Part shown: positions 54,798 to 64,000 of the stretch, in pieces
Layout of the letters: each line of letters begins with the position of its first letter
How positions within the stretch are numbered: the stretch's first letter is position 1
Assembly (NCBI GenBank): GCA_030390025.1
Contig: CM059431.1
Span: 146,260,001-146,324,000, forward strand
Direction of reading: 5' to 3'
Source of the DNA: Squalus acanthias
Taxonomy: Eukaryota
Length of the DNA stretch: 64,000 nucleotides
Notes under the pieces: generated by a model
Told to the model about the DNA's origin: nothing
Databases searched by the model: none
Seen by the model: the letters and a program-made list of their open reading frames with translations, nothing else
Program-made: the position numbers and the translations under genes

Positions 54798-57779
54798 AGT
54801 GTATAGCCCGGGAAGGATGTGCCCAGTGAGATCAGAAAGTGGGAAACTAGGGGAGGATGGGGCCAGTGAGTTCCGACATTGTGCAACCTGGGAGGATGGC
54901 CCAGTGATATCAGACAGTGTATAACCCTGGAAGGATGTTACCAGTGAGATCAGAGAGTGGGAATATAGGGGAGGATGGGGCCAGTGAGTTCCGACAGTGT
55001 GTAAAAGGCGAAGGATGGGCCCATTGAGATCAGACAATATGTAACCCGGGGCGATTGGGTCCAGTGAGATCAGTCAGTGTATATCATGGGGAGGTAGGGC
55101 ACAGTGAGATCAGACAGTGTGCAACCCGGGGAAGATGGCTCCAGTGAGAGCAGACAGTGTCTAACCCGGGATGGATGGGCCCAGTGAGAGCAGACAGTGT
55201 GTATCCCGGGGAGGATGGGCGCAGTGAGATCAGCCAGTGCGTAACCCGGGTAGGTTGGTTCCAGTGAGATTGGACAGTGCACGCCTAGGAGGATGGGCTC
55301 AATGAGATCACACAGTTTGTAAGCCACGGAGGTTGGGTCCAGTGAGAGCAGACAGTGTGTAACCCGGGGAGGATGGGCCCAGTGAGATCAGACAGTGTGT
55401 AACCCGGGGAGGATGGGCCCAGTGAGATCACACAATGTGTAACCCGGTGACGTTGGGTTCAGTGAGATCAGACAGTGGATAACCCGGGGAGGATGGGCCC
55501 AGTGAGATCGGACAGTGTGTAATCCTGGAAGGATGGGGCCAGTGAGAGCAGACAGTGTGTAACCCGGGAGGATGGGACCAGTGAAATCAGAGATTGTGTA
55601 ACCCGGGAGGATGGGCCCAGTGTGATCAGACAGTATGTATGCCGTGGAGGATAGCCAGTGATATCACACAGTTTGTAACCCGGGGAGGTTGGGTCCAGTG
55701 AGGTGAGACAGTGTGTAACCCGGGGAGGATGGGTCCAGTGAGATCAGACAGTGTGTAACCCGGGGAAGATGGATCCAATCAGATCAAACAGTGTGGAACC
55801 CGGGGAGGATGTGCCCAGTGCGATCAGACAGTGTGTAACTCGAGGAGAATAGGTCCTGTGAGATCAGACAGTGTGTAACCCTGGGAGGATGCGCTCAGTG
55901 AGAGCAAGCAGTTTTTAATCCTGGGAGGATGGGCCCAGTGATATCAGACAGTGTGTAACCCGGGGAGGATTGGCACAGTGAGATCAGAGAGAGGGTAACC
56001 AGGGCGGAATGGCCCAGTGAGATCAGACAGTGTGTAACCCAGGGAAGATGGGCCCAGTGAGGTCAGACCCTGTGTAAGCCCGAGAGGATGGGCTCAGTGA
56101 GATCAGACAGTTTGTAACCCGGGGAGGATGGGCCCAGTAAGATCAGACAGTGTGTAACCCGGGGAGGATGAGCTCAGTGAAATCAGACAGTGGATAACCC
56201 GGGGAGGATGGGTCCAGTGAGAACGGACAGTGGATAACCCGTGGAGGATGGGTCCAGTGAGAGCAGACAGTGTGTAAACCTAGGAGGATGGGACCAGTTA
56301 GAGCACACAATTTGTAACTCGGGGAGGTTGGGTCCAGTGAGATCAGACAGTGAATATCCCGAGAGGATGGGCCCAGTGAGAGCAGACAGTGTGTATTCCT
56401 GGGAGGATGGTCCCAGTGAGAGTAGGAAGTGTCTATCCGGGGGAGGATCGGTACAGTGATATCAGACAGTGTGTAAGCCAGGGAGGATGGCCCCAGTGAG
56501 ATCACACCGTTTGTAACCCCGGCAGGTTGGTTTTAGTGAGATCGAACAGTGGATAACCCGGGGAGAATGGGCCCAGTGAGATCAGACAGTGTTTAACCCG
56601 GGGAGGATGTTCCCAGTGTAATCAGACATTGAGCAAGCCGGGAGGTTGGGCCCAGTGAGAGCAGCAAGTGTGTATCCCGCGGAGGAAGAACCCATTGCGT
56701 TCAGACAGTGTGAAATTCGGGGATGTTCGGTCCAGTGAAATCAGACAGTGTTTAACCCGTGGAGGATGGGTCTTTGGAGAGCAGGCAGCGTGTGACCCGG
56801 GGAGGACGGGACCAGTGATACCAGACAGTTTGTAACTTTGGGAGGATGGGCCCAGTGAGATCAGACAGTGTGTAACCCGGAGAGGATGGGCCCAGTGAGA
56901 TCACACAGTTTGTAACCCGGGATGTTGGGTCCAGTGAGATCAGACAGTGTGTAATCCTGGGAGGACGGGCCTAGTGAGAGCAAACAGTTTGTAACTCGGG
57001 GAGGATTGGCACAGTGAGATGAGACAGTGTGTAACCCGGGGAGAATGGGACTAGTGACATTAGATAGTGTTTAACCCGGGAAGTTGGGCCCAGTGAGATC
57101 AGACAGTGTGTAAGCCGGGGAGGATGGGCCCAGTGAGGTCAGACAGTGTGTAAGCCGGGGAGGATGTGCCCAGTGTGATCAGACAGTGTGTAACCCGGGG
57201 TGGCTAGGTCCTGTGATAGCAGACAGTGTGTAACCCGGGGAGGAGTATCCCAGTGAGATCAGACAGTGTGTTACCCGGGAAAGATGGGCCCAGTGAGATC
57301 AAACTTTTTGTAAGCCGAGAGGATGGGCCCAGTGAGAGCAGAAAGTGTGTATCCGGGGGAGGTTCGGTCCCGTGATATCAGACAGTGGGTAACCCGGGGA
57401 GGTAGGGCCCAATGAGATCACACAATTTGTAACCCGGGGAGGATGGGTCCTGTGACAGCAGGCAGTTTCAAAAACGGGGAGGATGATCCAAGTGAGATCA
57501 GACAGTGTGTGCCCCGGGATGGATGGGCCCAGTGAAATCAGACAGTGTGTAACCCGGGGAGGATTGGCCTAGTGAGATGAGACAGTGTGTAAACCGGGGA
57601 GGACGGGCCCAGTGAGATCACACAGTTTGTAACCCGGGGAGGTTGCTTCCTGGGAATTCAGACAGTGTGTAATCCTGGGAGGATGGGCCCAGTGAAATCA
57701 GACATTGTGTAAATCGGGATGGATTTGCCCAGAGAGATCAGACAGTCTGTAACCCGGGGAAGATGGGTCGTGTTTTAAC

Positions 57780-58285
57780 ATTTTCAATGTAGAAAGTTAT
57801 TGTGACGTAGAATTGGGTAAATGGGTGCGGTTAAGTTACAGATGCAGATGGTTTAGGACGATCAGATTTTCAGAGGTGACACGTTGATTTCTAATAAAGT
57901 GATTAGTTTGCCGATTTTTAATTTACTTTACAGCCAGAACTGACGGTGCAGTCAGTAAATATGCAATATCAGGACTTGTGGTGTAAAATCTGTTGCTGGA
58001 ATCGCAGCTGCAAAGTTAGAAAAACTGGCTAAATGTTCAGGGCTAATGTTCTTAACTAAACTCAGAATGCGTGATGTTGGTTTTGTTATTTCCGTTTCAG
58101 TTATTCTGCCTGAGTGATTTCCTCTATTGCCAGGGTAACAATCTGTCAGATCTCAGTATAAGAGACGTTGACACCAATTTATGTCCGGAAGACGGCTAGT
58201 CATTCAGTGTAAACTCCATTCTTTGTGTTCGGGAGTCCAGTATTAGGAACATCTTCTGGATATTTGCGATATTATTATAAAGAAG
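57780..58285 (+). repeat. Low-copy duplicated segment, copy 2 (abuts the end of the 40-bp array; cut by a CR1 insertion)
   Basis: Homologous to 26140-26695. Homology resumes after the LINE at 58952 (AATTTCTATACCAGTAA vs AATTGTCTACACCAGTAA at about 26693). Confidence 0.9.
58074..58134 (+). CDS. Candidate signal-peptide (leader) coding exon portion, MLVLLFPFQLFCLSDFLYCQ plus 1 nt
   Basis: ATG at 58074, 20 codons with a hydrophobic core, ending in phase 1 at CAGG|GTAACA. Upstream acceptor TTTACTTTACAG| ends at 57933. Out-of-frame upstream ATGs and a mediocre donor weaken the call. Confidence 0.3.
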
Positions 58286-58951
58286 CATAGAAACATAGAA
58301 GATAGGAGCAGGAGTAGGCCATTCGACCCCACGAGCCTTCTCCGCCATTTAATGAGATCATGGCTGATCATCCAAATTCAGTACCCTGTCCCTGCTTTCT
58401 CCCCATATCCCTTGATCCCTTTAGCCTTAAGAAATATATCGATCTCCTTCTTGAATATATTTAATGAATTGGCCTCAACTGCCTTCTGTGGTAGAGAATT
58501 CCACAGGTTCACCACTCTCTGGGTGAAGAAATTCCTCCTCATCTCAGTCCTAAATGGCTTACCCCTTATCCTTAGACTGTGACCTCTGGTTCTGGACTCC
58601 CCCGCCATCGGGAACATCCTTCCTGCATCTAGTCTGTCTCGTCATGTTAGAATTTTATAAGTTTCAATGAGATCCCCTCTCATTCTTCTAAACCTAGCGA
58701 ATATAAGCCTAATCGACCCAATCTCTCTTCATACGTCATTCCTTCCATCCCAGGTATCAGTCTAGTAAATCTTCGCTGCACTCCCTCCATGGCAAGAACA
58801 TCCTTCCTCAGATAAGGCGACCAGAACTGCACACAATACTCAAGGTGTGGTCTCACTAAGGCCCTGTACAACTGCAGCAAGACATCCTTGTTCCTGTACT
58901 CGAAAGACATCCTTGCTCCTGTACTCGAAGACATCCTTGCTCCTGTACTCG
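58286..58951 (-). mobile_element. 5'-truncated CR1-clade LINE (3' end of ORF2 plus tail)
   Basis: Peptides LLQLYRALVRPHLEYCVQFWSPYLRKD (58680-58934) and RTRGHSLRIRG...NFFTQRVVNLWNSLP (58378-58617), frameshifted. The 8-bp tail repeat CATAGAAACATAGAA is at 58286. Confidence 0.95.
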
Positions 58952-58987
58952 AATTTCTATACCAGTAACATTATACTATAATAGCAT

Positions 58988-59605
58988 CAGAGTAACAGGA
59001 GGAGACTATTCCACCTCTCGAGTCTGTTCCTCTATTCAATTAGATCATGGCTGATCTCTTTCTGAGCTCAAACATCCGCATTGACTCTCTAACCCAAATA
59101 CCGTAACCTTATAAATATATATCAATATTGGTTTTGTTTGTGGCTGATCTGTATCTTAACTCCTTGGACCTGCCTTGGTTCCGTAACCCTTAATGCCTAA
59201 CAAACATCTATTAATCTCAGTTTTGACATTTTGAATTGACCGAGACTCATCAGCTTTTTGAGGGAAATTGTTCCAGATTTCCACCACCATTTGTGCGAGG
59301 AAGAGATTTCTGACATCACCCCTGAACGGCCAAGCTCTAATTTTAAGTTCATGCCACCTTGTGCTGGAATCCCCCACTGGATGAAATAGTTTCTCTCCAT
59401 TTGACTGTATTAAATGCATCAATTCGATCACCCACAATCTCCTATACTAAAGGCAATAAAAGACTGGTGAATCTGCGCTGCATCCACTCCAAGGCCAGTA
59501 TATCCTTCCTGAAGTGAGGTGCCCAAAACTGAATACAATACTCCAGACGGGGACTAACCAGAGCTCTGTGCAGCTGGAGCATAAATTCTACACCTTTGGA
59601 TAAGT
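58988..59605 (-). mobile_element. Older decayed CR1 3' fragment(s)
   Basis: CR1 3'UTR-like motif TGGCTGATCT occurs twice (about 59048 and 59141). Degenerate ORF2 C-terminus STRWHELKIR...VVEIWNNFPQKA (59156-59437). A region resembling YCIQFWAPHFRKDI lies at about 59500-59540. Confidence 0.85.
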
Positions 59606-60683
59606 AGCATAGAATCATAAAATGGTTGCAGCCGGAAGAACTCCATTCGGCACGTAGAGTCCGTGCCGACTCTCAGCTTCCCCAGTCTCCTGCCCTTTCC
59701 TCGCAGCCCTGCATGTCTTTCCTTCAGATATTTATCCAACTCCCTTTTGAAAGATAAAATTGAGTCTGCCTCCACCAACCTTTCAGGCAGTGCATTCCAG
59801 ATGTTAACCACTCGCTGCGTAAAAACGTTTTTTCTTATGTCGCCTTTGGTTCTTTTGCCTATCAACTTAAATCTGTGTCCTCTGGTTCTCGACAATTCTG
59901 CCAATGGGAACAATTTCCCTCTATCTACCCTGTCCAGATCCCTCATGATTTTGAACACCTCTATCACGTTTCCTCTCAATCTTCTCTGCTTCAAGGAGAA
60001 CAACCCCAGCTTCTCCAGTCTATCAACGTAACTGAAGTCCCTCATTCCTAGAATCATTCTCGTAAATCTTTTTTACACCCTCTCCAAGGCCCTCACATCC
60101 ATCCTAAAGAGTGGTGCCCAGAATTGGAAACAATACTCCTGTTGGGGCCAAACCAGTGTTTTATACAGATTCATCATAATTTCCACACTTTTGAACTCTA
60201 TACCTCCATTTAGGAAGCACAGGTTCCTTTTTAACTGTTTTCTCAAACTGCCCTGCAGCCTTCAATTTATGCACACATGCCCCCAGGTCTCTCCGTTCGT
60301 GCACCCCTTTAAGATTGTACCATTTAATTTATATGTCCTCTCCTCTTTCTTTCCACCAAAATGCATCACATCACACTTTTCTGCGTTAACTTTCATCTAC
60401 CACATGTCCGCCCATTTCACCAGCCTGTCTATGTCTTCCTGAAGTCTATCACTCTCCTCACTGTTCACTGTACTTCCAAGTTTTGCGTCATCTGCAAATT
60501 TTAAATTTTTGCCCTTTACACCTACGTCCAAGTCATTAATATATATCAAGAAATGCAGTGGTCCTAGAACCGACCCCTGGCGAACACAATGTTTACCTTC
60601 CGCCAGTCCGAAAAACAACCGTTCACCACTAATCTCTGTTTCTTTTCACTCAGCCAATTTCGTATGCAGGCTGCCACAGTTCC

Positions 60684-61580
60684 AAAGCTAGGTGGGACAG
60701 TAAGATGCGAGGAGAACACAAAGAGTCTGCAAAGGAATATAGATAGACAAAGTCAGTAGGTAGCAAGATGGCAGATGGAGTATAACGTAGGGAAATGTGA
60801 GGTTATTCACTTTGGAGGAAGAATAGAAAAACAGAATACTTTTTAAATGGTGAGAAACTTTTAAATGTTGGTGTTCAGAGAGATTTGGGTGTCCTCGTGC
60901 AAAAAAACACAGAAAGCTAGCATGCAGGTAGAGCAAGCAAAAATGAAGGCAAATGGAATGTTCGCCTTTATTGCATGGGGGTTGGAGTATAAGAGTAAGG
61001 AACTCTTGCTACAATTGTACAGGGCCATGGTGAGACCAAACCTGGCGTACTGTACACAGTTTTGGTCTCCTTATCTAAGGAAGGATATACTTGCCTTGGA
61101 GGCGGTGCAACAAAGGTTCACTAGATTGATTCCTGGGATGAGAAGGCTGTCCTATGATGAGAGATTGTGTAGAATGGGCCTGTACTCTCTGGATTTAGAA
61201 GCATAGAGGTGATCTCATTGAAACATATAAGGTTCTGAAGGGGATTGACAGGGTAGATGCTGAGAGGTTGTTTCCCGTGCCTGGAGTGTATAGAAGTAGT
61301 TGGCATAGTCTCAGGATAAGGGGTAAACCATTTAAGACCGAGATTAGGAGGAATTTCTTCACACAGAGGGTTGTGAATATTTGGAATTCTCTGGCCCAGG
61401 GGACAGTGAATGTTGAGTCTTTGATTATATTCAAGGCTGAGATAGATAGATTTTTGGACTCTAGGGGAATCAAGGGATAGGGAGATAGGGCGGGAAAGTG
61501 GAGTTGAGGTCGATGATCAGCCATGATATTATTGAGAGGCCCTATGGCTTACTCCTGCTCCTATTTCTTTTGTTGTTATG
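60684..61580 (+). mobile_element. 5'-truncated CR1 LINE nested antisense in the long CR1
   Basis: ORF remnants 60865-61206 (LLQLYRAMVRPNLAYCTQFWSPYLRKD) and 61268-61480 (NFFTQRVVNIWNSL). The 3'UTR is GATCAGCCATGAT...CTCCTGCTCCTATTTCTTTTGTTGTTATG. Confidence 0.94.
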
Positions 61581-62000
61581 TTTTATTCCATGGGCTTCAA
61601 TTTTGCTGGCAAGCCTATTATGTGGCACTTTGTCGAAAGACTTTTGGAAATGCATGTACACTGCTTCAACCGCATGACCCTCATCAACCCTCTGTGTTAC
61701 CTCATCAAAAAACTCGATAAAGTTGTTTAAACACGATTTGCCTTTAATAAATCCGTGCTAGCTTTCATTAATTAATCCACCCCTATGCAAGTGACTGCCG
61801 TATTTTGTCCCTGATTACTGTTTCTAACAGCTTCCCCAGTACCGAGGTTAAACTGACTGGCCTGTAGTTGCTGGGTGTAGCTTCACACCCTTTTTTGAAC
61901 AATGATGTAACATTTGCAATTCTCCAGTCCTGTGGCACCACCCCCGTATCTATGGAGTATTGGAATATTATGGCCAGAAACTCTGCGATTGCCGCCCTCA

Positions 62001-62519
62001 GTATATATATATTTTTAAAATTTGTTTATGGGATGTGGGCGTCGCTGGCAAGGCCAGCATTTGTTGCCCATCCCTAATTGCCCTTGAGAAGGTGGTGGTG
62101 AGCCGCCTTCTGGATCCGCTGCAGTCTGTGTGGTAAAGTTACTCCCACAGTCCTGTTAGGGAGGGAGTTCCAGGATTTTGACCCAGCGACGATGAAGGAT
62201 CGGCGATATACTTCAAAGTCAGGATGGTATGTGACTTGGAGGTGGTGGTGTTCCCATGCGCCTGCTGCCCTTGTCCTTCGAGGTGGAAGAGGTCGCGGGT
62301 TTGTGAGGTGCTGCCGAAGAAGCCTTGGCGAGTTGCTGCAGTGCATCTTGTAGATGGTACACACTGCAGCCACTTTACGCTGGTGGTGGAGGGAGTGAAT
62401 GTTTAAGGTGCTGGATGGGGTGCCAATCAAGTGGGCTGCTTTGTCCTGGATGGTGTCGAGCTTCTTGAGTGTTGTTGGAGCTGCAGTCATCCAGGCAAGT
62501 GGATTGTATTGCATCACAA
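62001..62519 (-). mobile_element. 5'-truncated LINE of a different CR1/L2-group family nested in the long CR1
   Basis: ORF 62074-62517 (YNPLAWM...LKKLDTIQDKAAHLIG...SLHHQRKVAAVCTIYKM...SKSWNSLP) is typical of the post-RT region of ORF2. It has a distinct 3'UTR and an A/AT-rich tail at about 62002-62030. Confidence 0.88.
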
Positions 62520-64000
62520 TCCTCTCAGCATCCTATGATGCATCCCATCCGCCCCGGTGATTTATTTACTTTAAGTACAGCCAACCTTTCTCATTCCTAT
62601 TTTTAATGAAATTTTATCCTACCAAGTCTCTCTACTACCACCTCCTTCAGTATGTTCATGGCAGCATCCTGTTCCTTGGTGAAGACAGATGCTACGTACT
62701 CACCTAGTACCTCAGCTATACCCTCTGACTCCATTCGTGGATCTCCTTTTTGGTTCATAATCGGCCCACTCCTCCCCTTTCTACCCTTTTACTATGTATA
62801 TTCCTATAGATGACTTTTGGATTACCTTTTATGTTGGCTGTCAGTCTATTCTCATATTCACTCTTTGCCCCTTTTTTTTCTTTTCACTTCTCCTCTTACC
62901 TTTTATATATAGCCTGATTAACAGACGTTTATGCAACCTGAAATCTGTCATACGCTCTCTTTCTGCTTCATCATATTCTCTATATTTCTCGCCATCAAGG
63001 GAGCTCTGATTTTAGTTGCCCTACCTTTCTCCCTCTTGGGAATGTACATCGAATGTACCCGAACTATTTCCTCTTTAAAGGCAGCCCATTGTTCCACTAC
63101 AGTTTTGCCTGCCAATCTTTGATCCTAGTTTTCCCGGCCAGATCCGTTCTCAATCCACTGAAAATGGCCTTCCCCAATAAAACATTTTTACTCTAGATTG
63201 CCCCCTGTATATTTCCATAGCTAATCTAAACCTTCTGATATTATGGTCACTCTTCCCTAAATGTTCTCATACTGACACATGCTCCACTTGACCTACCTCA
63301 TTCCCCAGAACCAGATCCAGCAATGCCTCCACCCTCGTCGGGCCGGAAACATACTGATGAAGAAAGTTCTCCTGAACACACTTCAGAAATCCTTCCCTTC
63401 TCTTCCCTTAACACTATAACACTCCCAGTTTATATAAGGATATTTGAAGTCGCCCATTATTACTCCTCTATAGTCCTTGCACCTCTCTGTAATTTCTCTG
63501 CTAATTCTTTCCTCCATATCGTCGCAATATTTGGTGGTCTATGGAATACACCCAGTAGCGTAATGGCACCTCTATTATTTCTTAACTTTAGCCATATAGA
63601 TTCTGTCATTTACCCCTCCAAGACATCCTCCCTCTCCAGCGCTGTAACATTCTCCTTAAACAATAATGCTACACCACCTCCTATCTTTCCTTCCCTATCT
63701 TTCCAGACACATTATAACCAGGAATATTTAATAACCAATCCTGCCCTTTTTTGAGCCAGGCCTCAGTTACCGACACAACATCTTATTCCCGTGTGGTTAT
63801 TCGTGCCTGCAGCTCATTTACCTTGTTTAATACGCTTGGTGCGCTCACATACATACATTATAAACCCATCTTTGACCATTCTGTATTCTCTCTTTGTTGT
63901 ACCCACCTTATACCTTACTATTTCTTACTTTAGTGCTCTCTGCCTCTCCCAATCCTTTGAGCACTTTATTTCACCTTTCTAACGTTACTTACTGGTGTCC

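Larger units (their letters stand above)
27368..57772 (+). repeat. 40-bp tandem satellite array (about 750 monomers), interrupted at 54386-54797
   Basis: Consensus CAGTGAGATCAGACAGTGTGTAACCCGGGGAGGATGGGCC recurs head-to-tail every 40 nt, with frequent 38-39 nt variants. Both ends are visible. Confidence 0.99.
59608..63870 (-). mobile_element. Long decayed CR1 LINE spanning essentially all of ORF2 (APE endonuclease plus RT), split by two nested insertions
   Basis: In minus-strand order: CMYVSAPSVLNKVNEL...VTEAWL (about 63755-63857), EALLDLVL (about 63320), NYRPVSLT (about 61850), VYMHFQKSFDK (about 61640), QGSVLGP...YINDLD...KFADDAK (60397-60618), C-terminal ORF 59554-60057, and tail CATAGAATCATAAAA at 59608. 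Many stops and frameshifts. Confidence 0.92.

Noticed and set aside
27658..56505. ORFs in the 40-bp array (LTGPILPGLHTV, PGYTLSDL...)
   Set aside because: Satellite read-through with rotating frames and frequent 1-2 nt indels; no domain is recognisable.
1..57772. CRISPR-like array
   Set aside because: The units are contiguous with no unique spacers, there are no cas genes, and the context is vertebrate.
27368..57772. Immunoglobulin switch region or RSS array (CACAGTG variants occur)
   Set aside because: The consensus lacks AGCT/WGCW hotspots. CACAGTG is only a point variant of CCCAGTG or GACAGTG, with no nonamer seen at 12/23 spacing and no V, D or J segments.
1..57772. Hammerhead ribozyme within the satellite monomers (as in newt satellite 2)
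   Set aside because: Neither consensus contains CUGANGA...GAAA on either strand.
26140..58285. The flanking direct repeats as LTRs of one giant element
   Set aside because: No TG...CA termini, primer-binding site, polypurine tract or internal gag/pol remnants were seen, and the repeat edges fade gradually.
58352..63982. Antisense or off-frame ORFs over the LINEs (e.g. 59663-60031 +, 61195-61524 -, 63323-63754 +), or an intact reverse transcriptase gene
   Set aside because: These are shadow ORFs of decayed ORF2. The true frames carry stops and frameshifts, so no active element is present.

Overview
Eukaryotic DNA, almost certainly from a cartilaginous fish (HE1/V-type SINE, several CR1-group LINEs, a Penelope-like terminus). 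About 86% of the window is two tandem arrays. The first is a 61-bp satellite (1-25078, about 410 monomers, open at the left edge). The second is a 40-bp satellite (27368-57772, about 750 monomers). Both have layered higher-order repeats and recent near-identical kb-scale duplications. The 2.3-kb spacer between them holds a candidate 21-nt microexon, a SINE, a ~550-bp segment that recurs directly after the 40-bp array, and a CpG-rich promoter-like element ending in a splice donor. The last 5.7 kb is a nest of decayed LINEs. No complete protein-coding gene is visible; the listed ORFs are satellite read-throughs, LINE ORF2 remnants or chance. The most interesting inference is a + strand gene: a non-coding exon 1 at ~27.1 kb, a ~30.7-kb first intron made almost wholly of the 40-bp satellite, and an exon encoding a signal-peptide-like MLVLLFPFQLFCLSDFLYCQ at 58074-58134. 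It would lie next to a 25-kb array whose monomer carries both an AP-1 and an NBRE motif. None of this is verified without transcript data.
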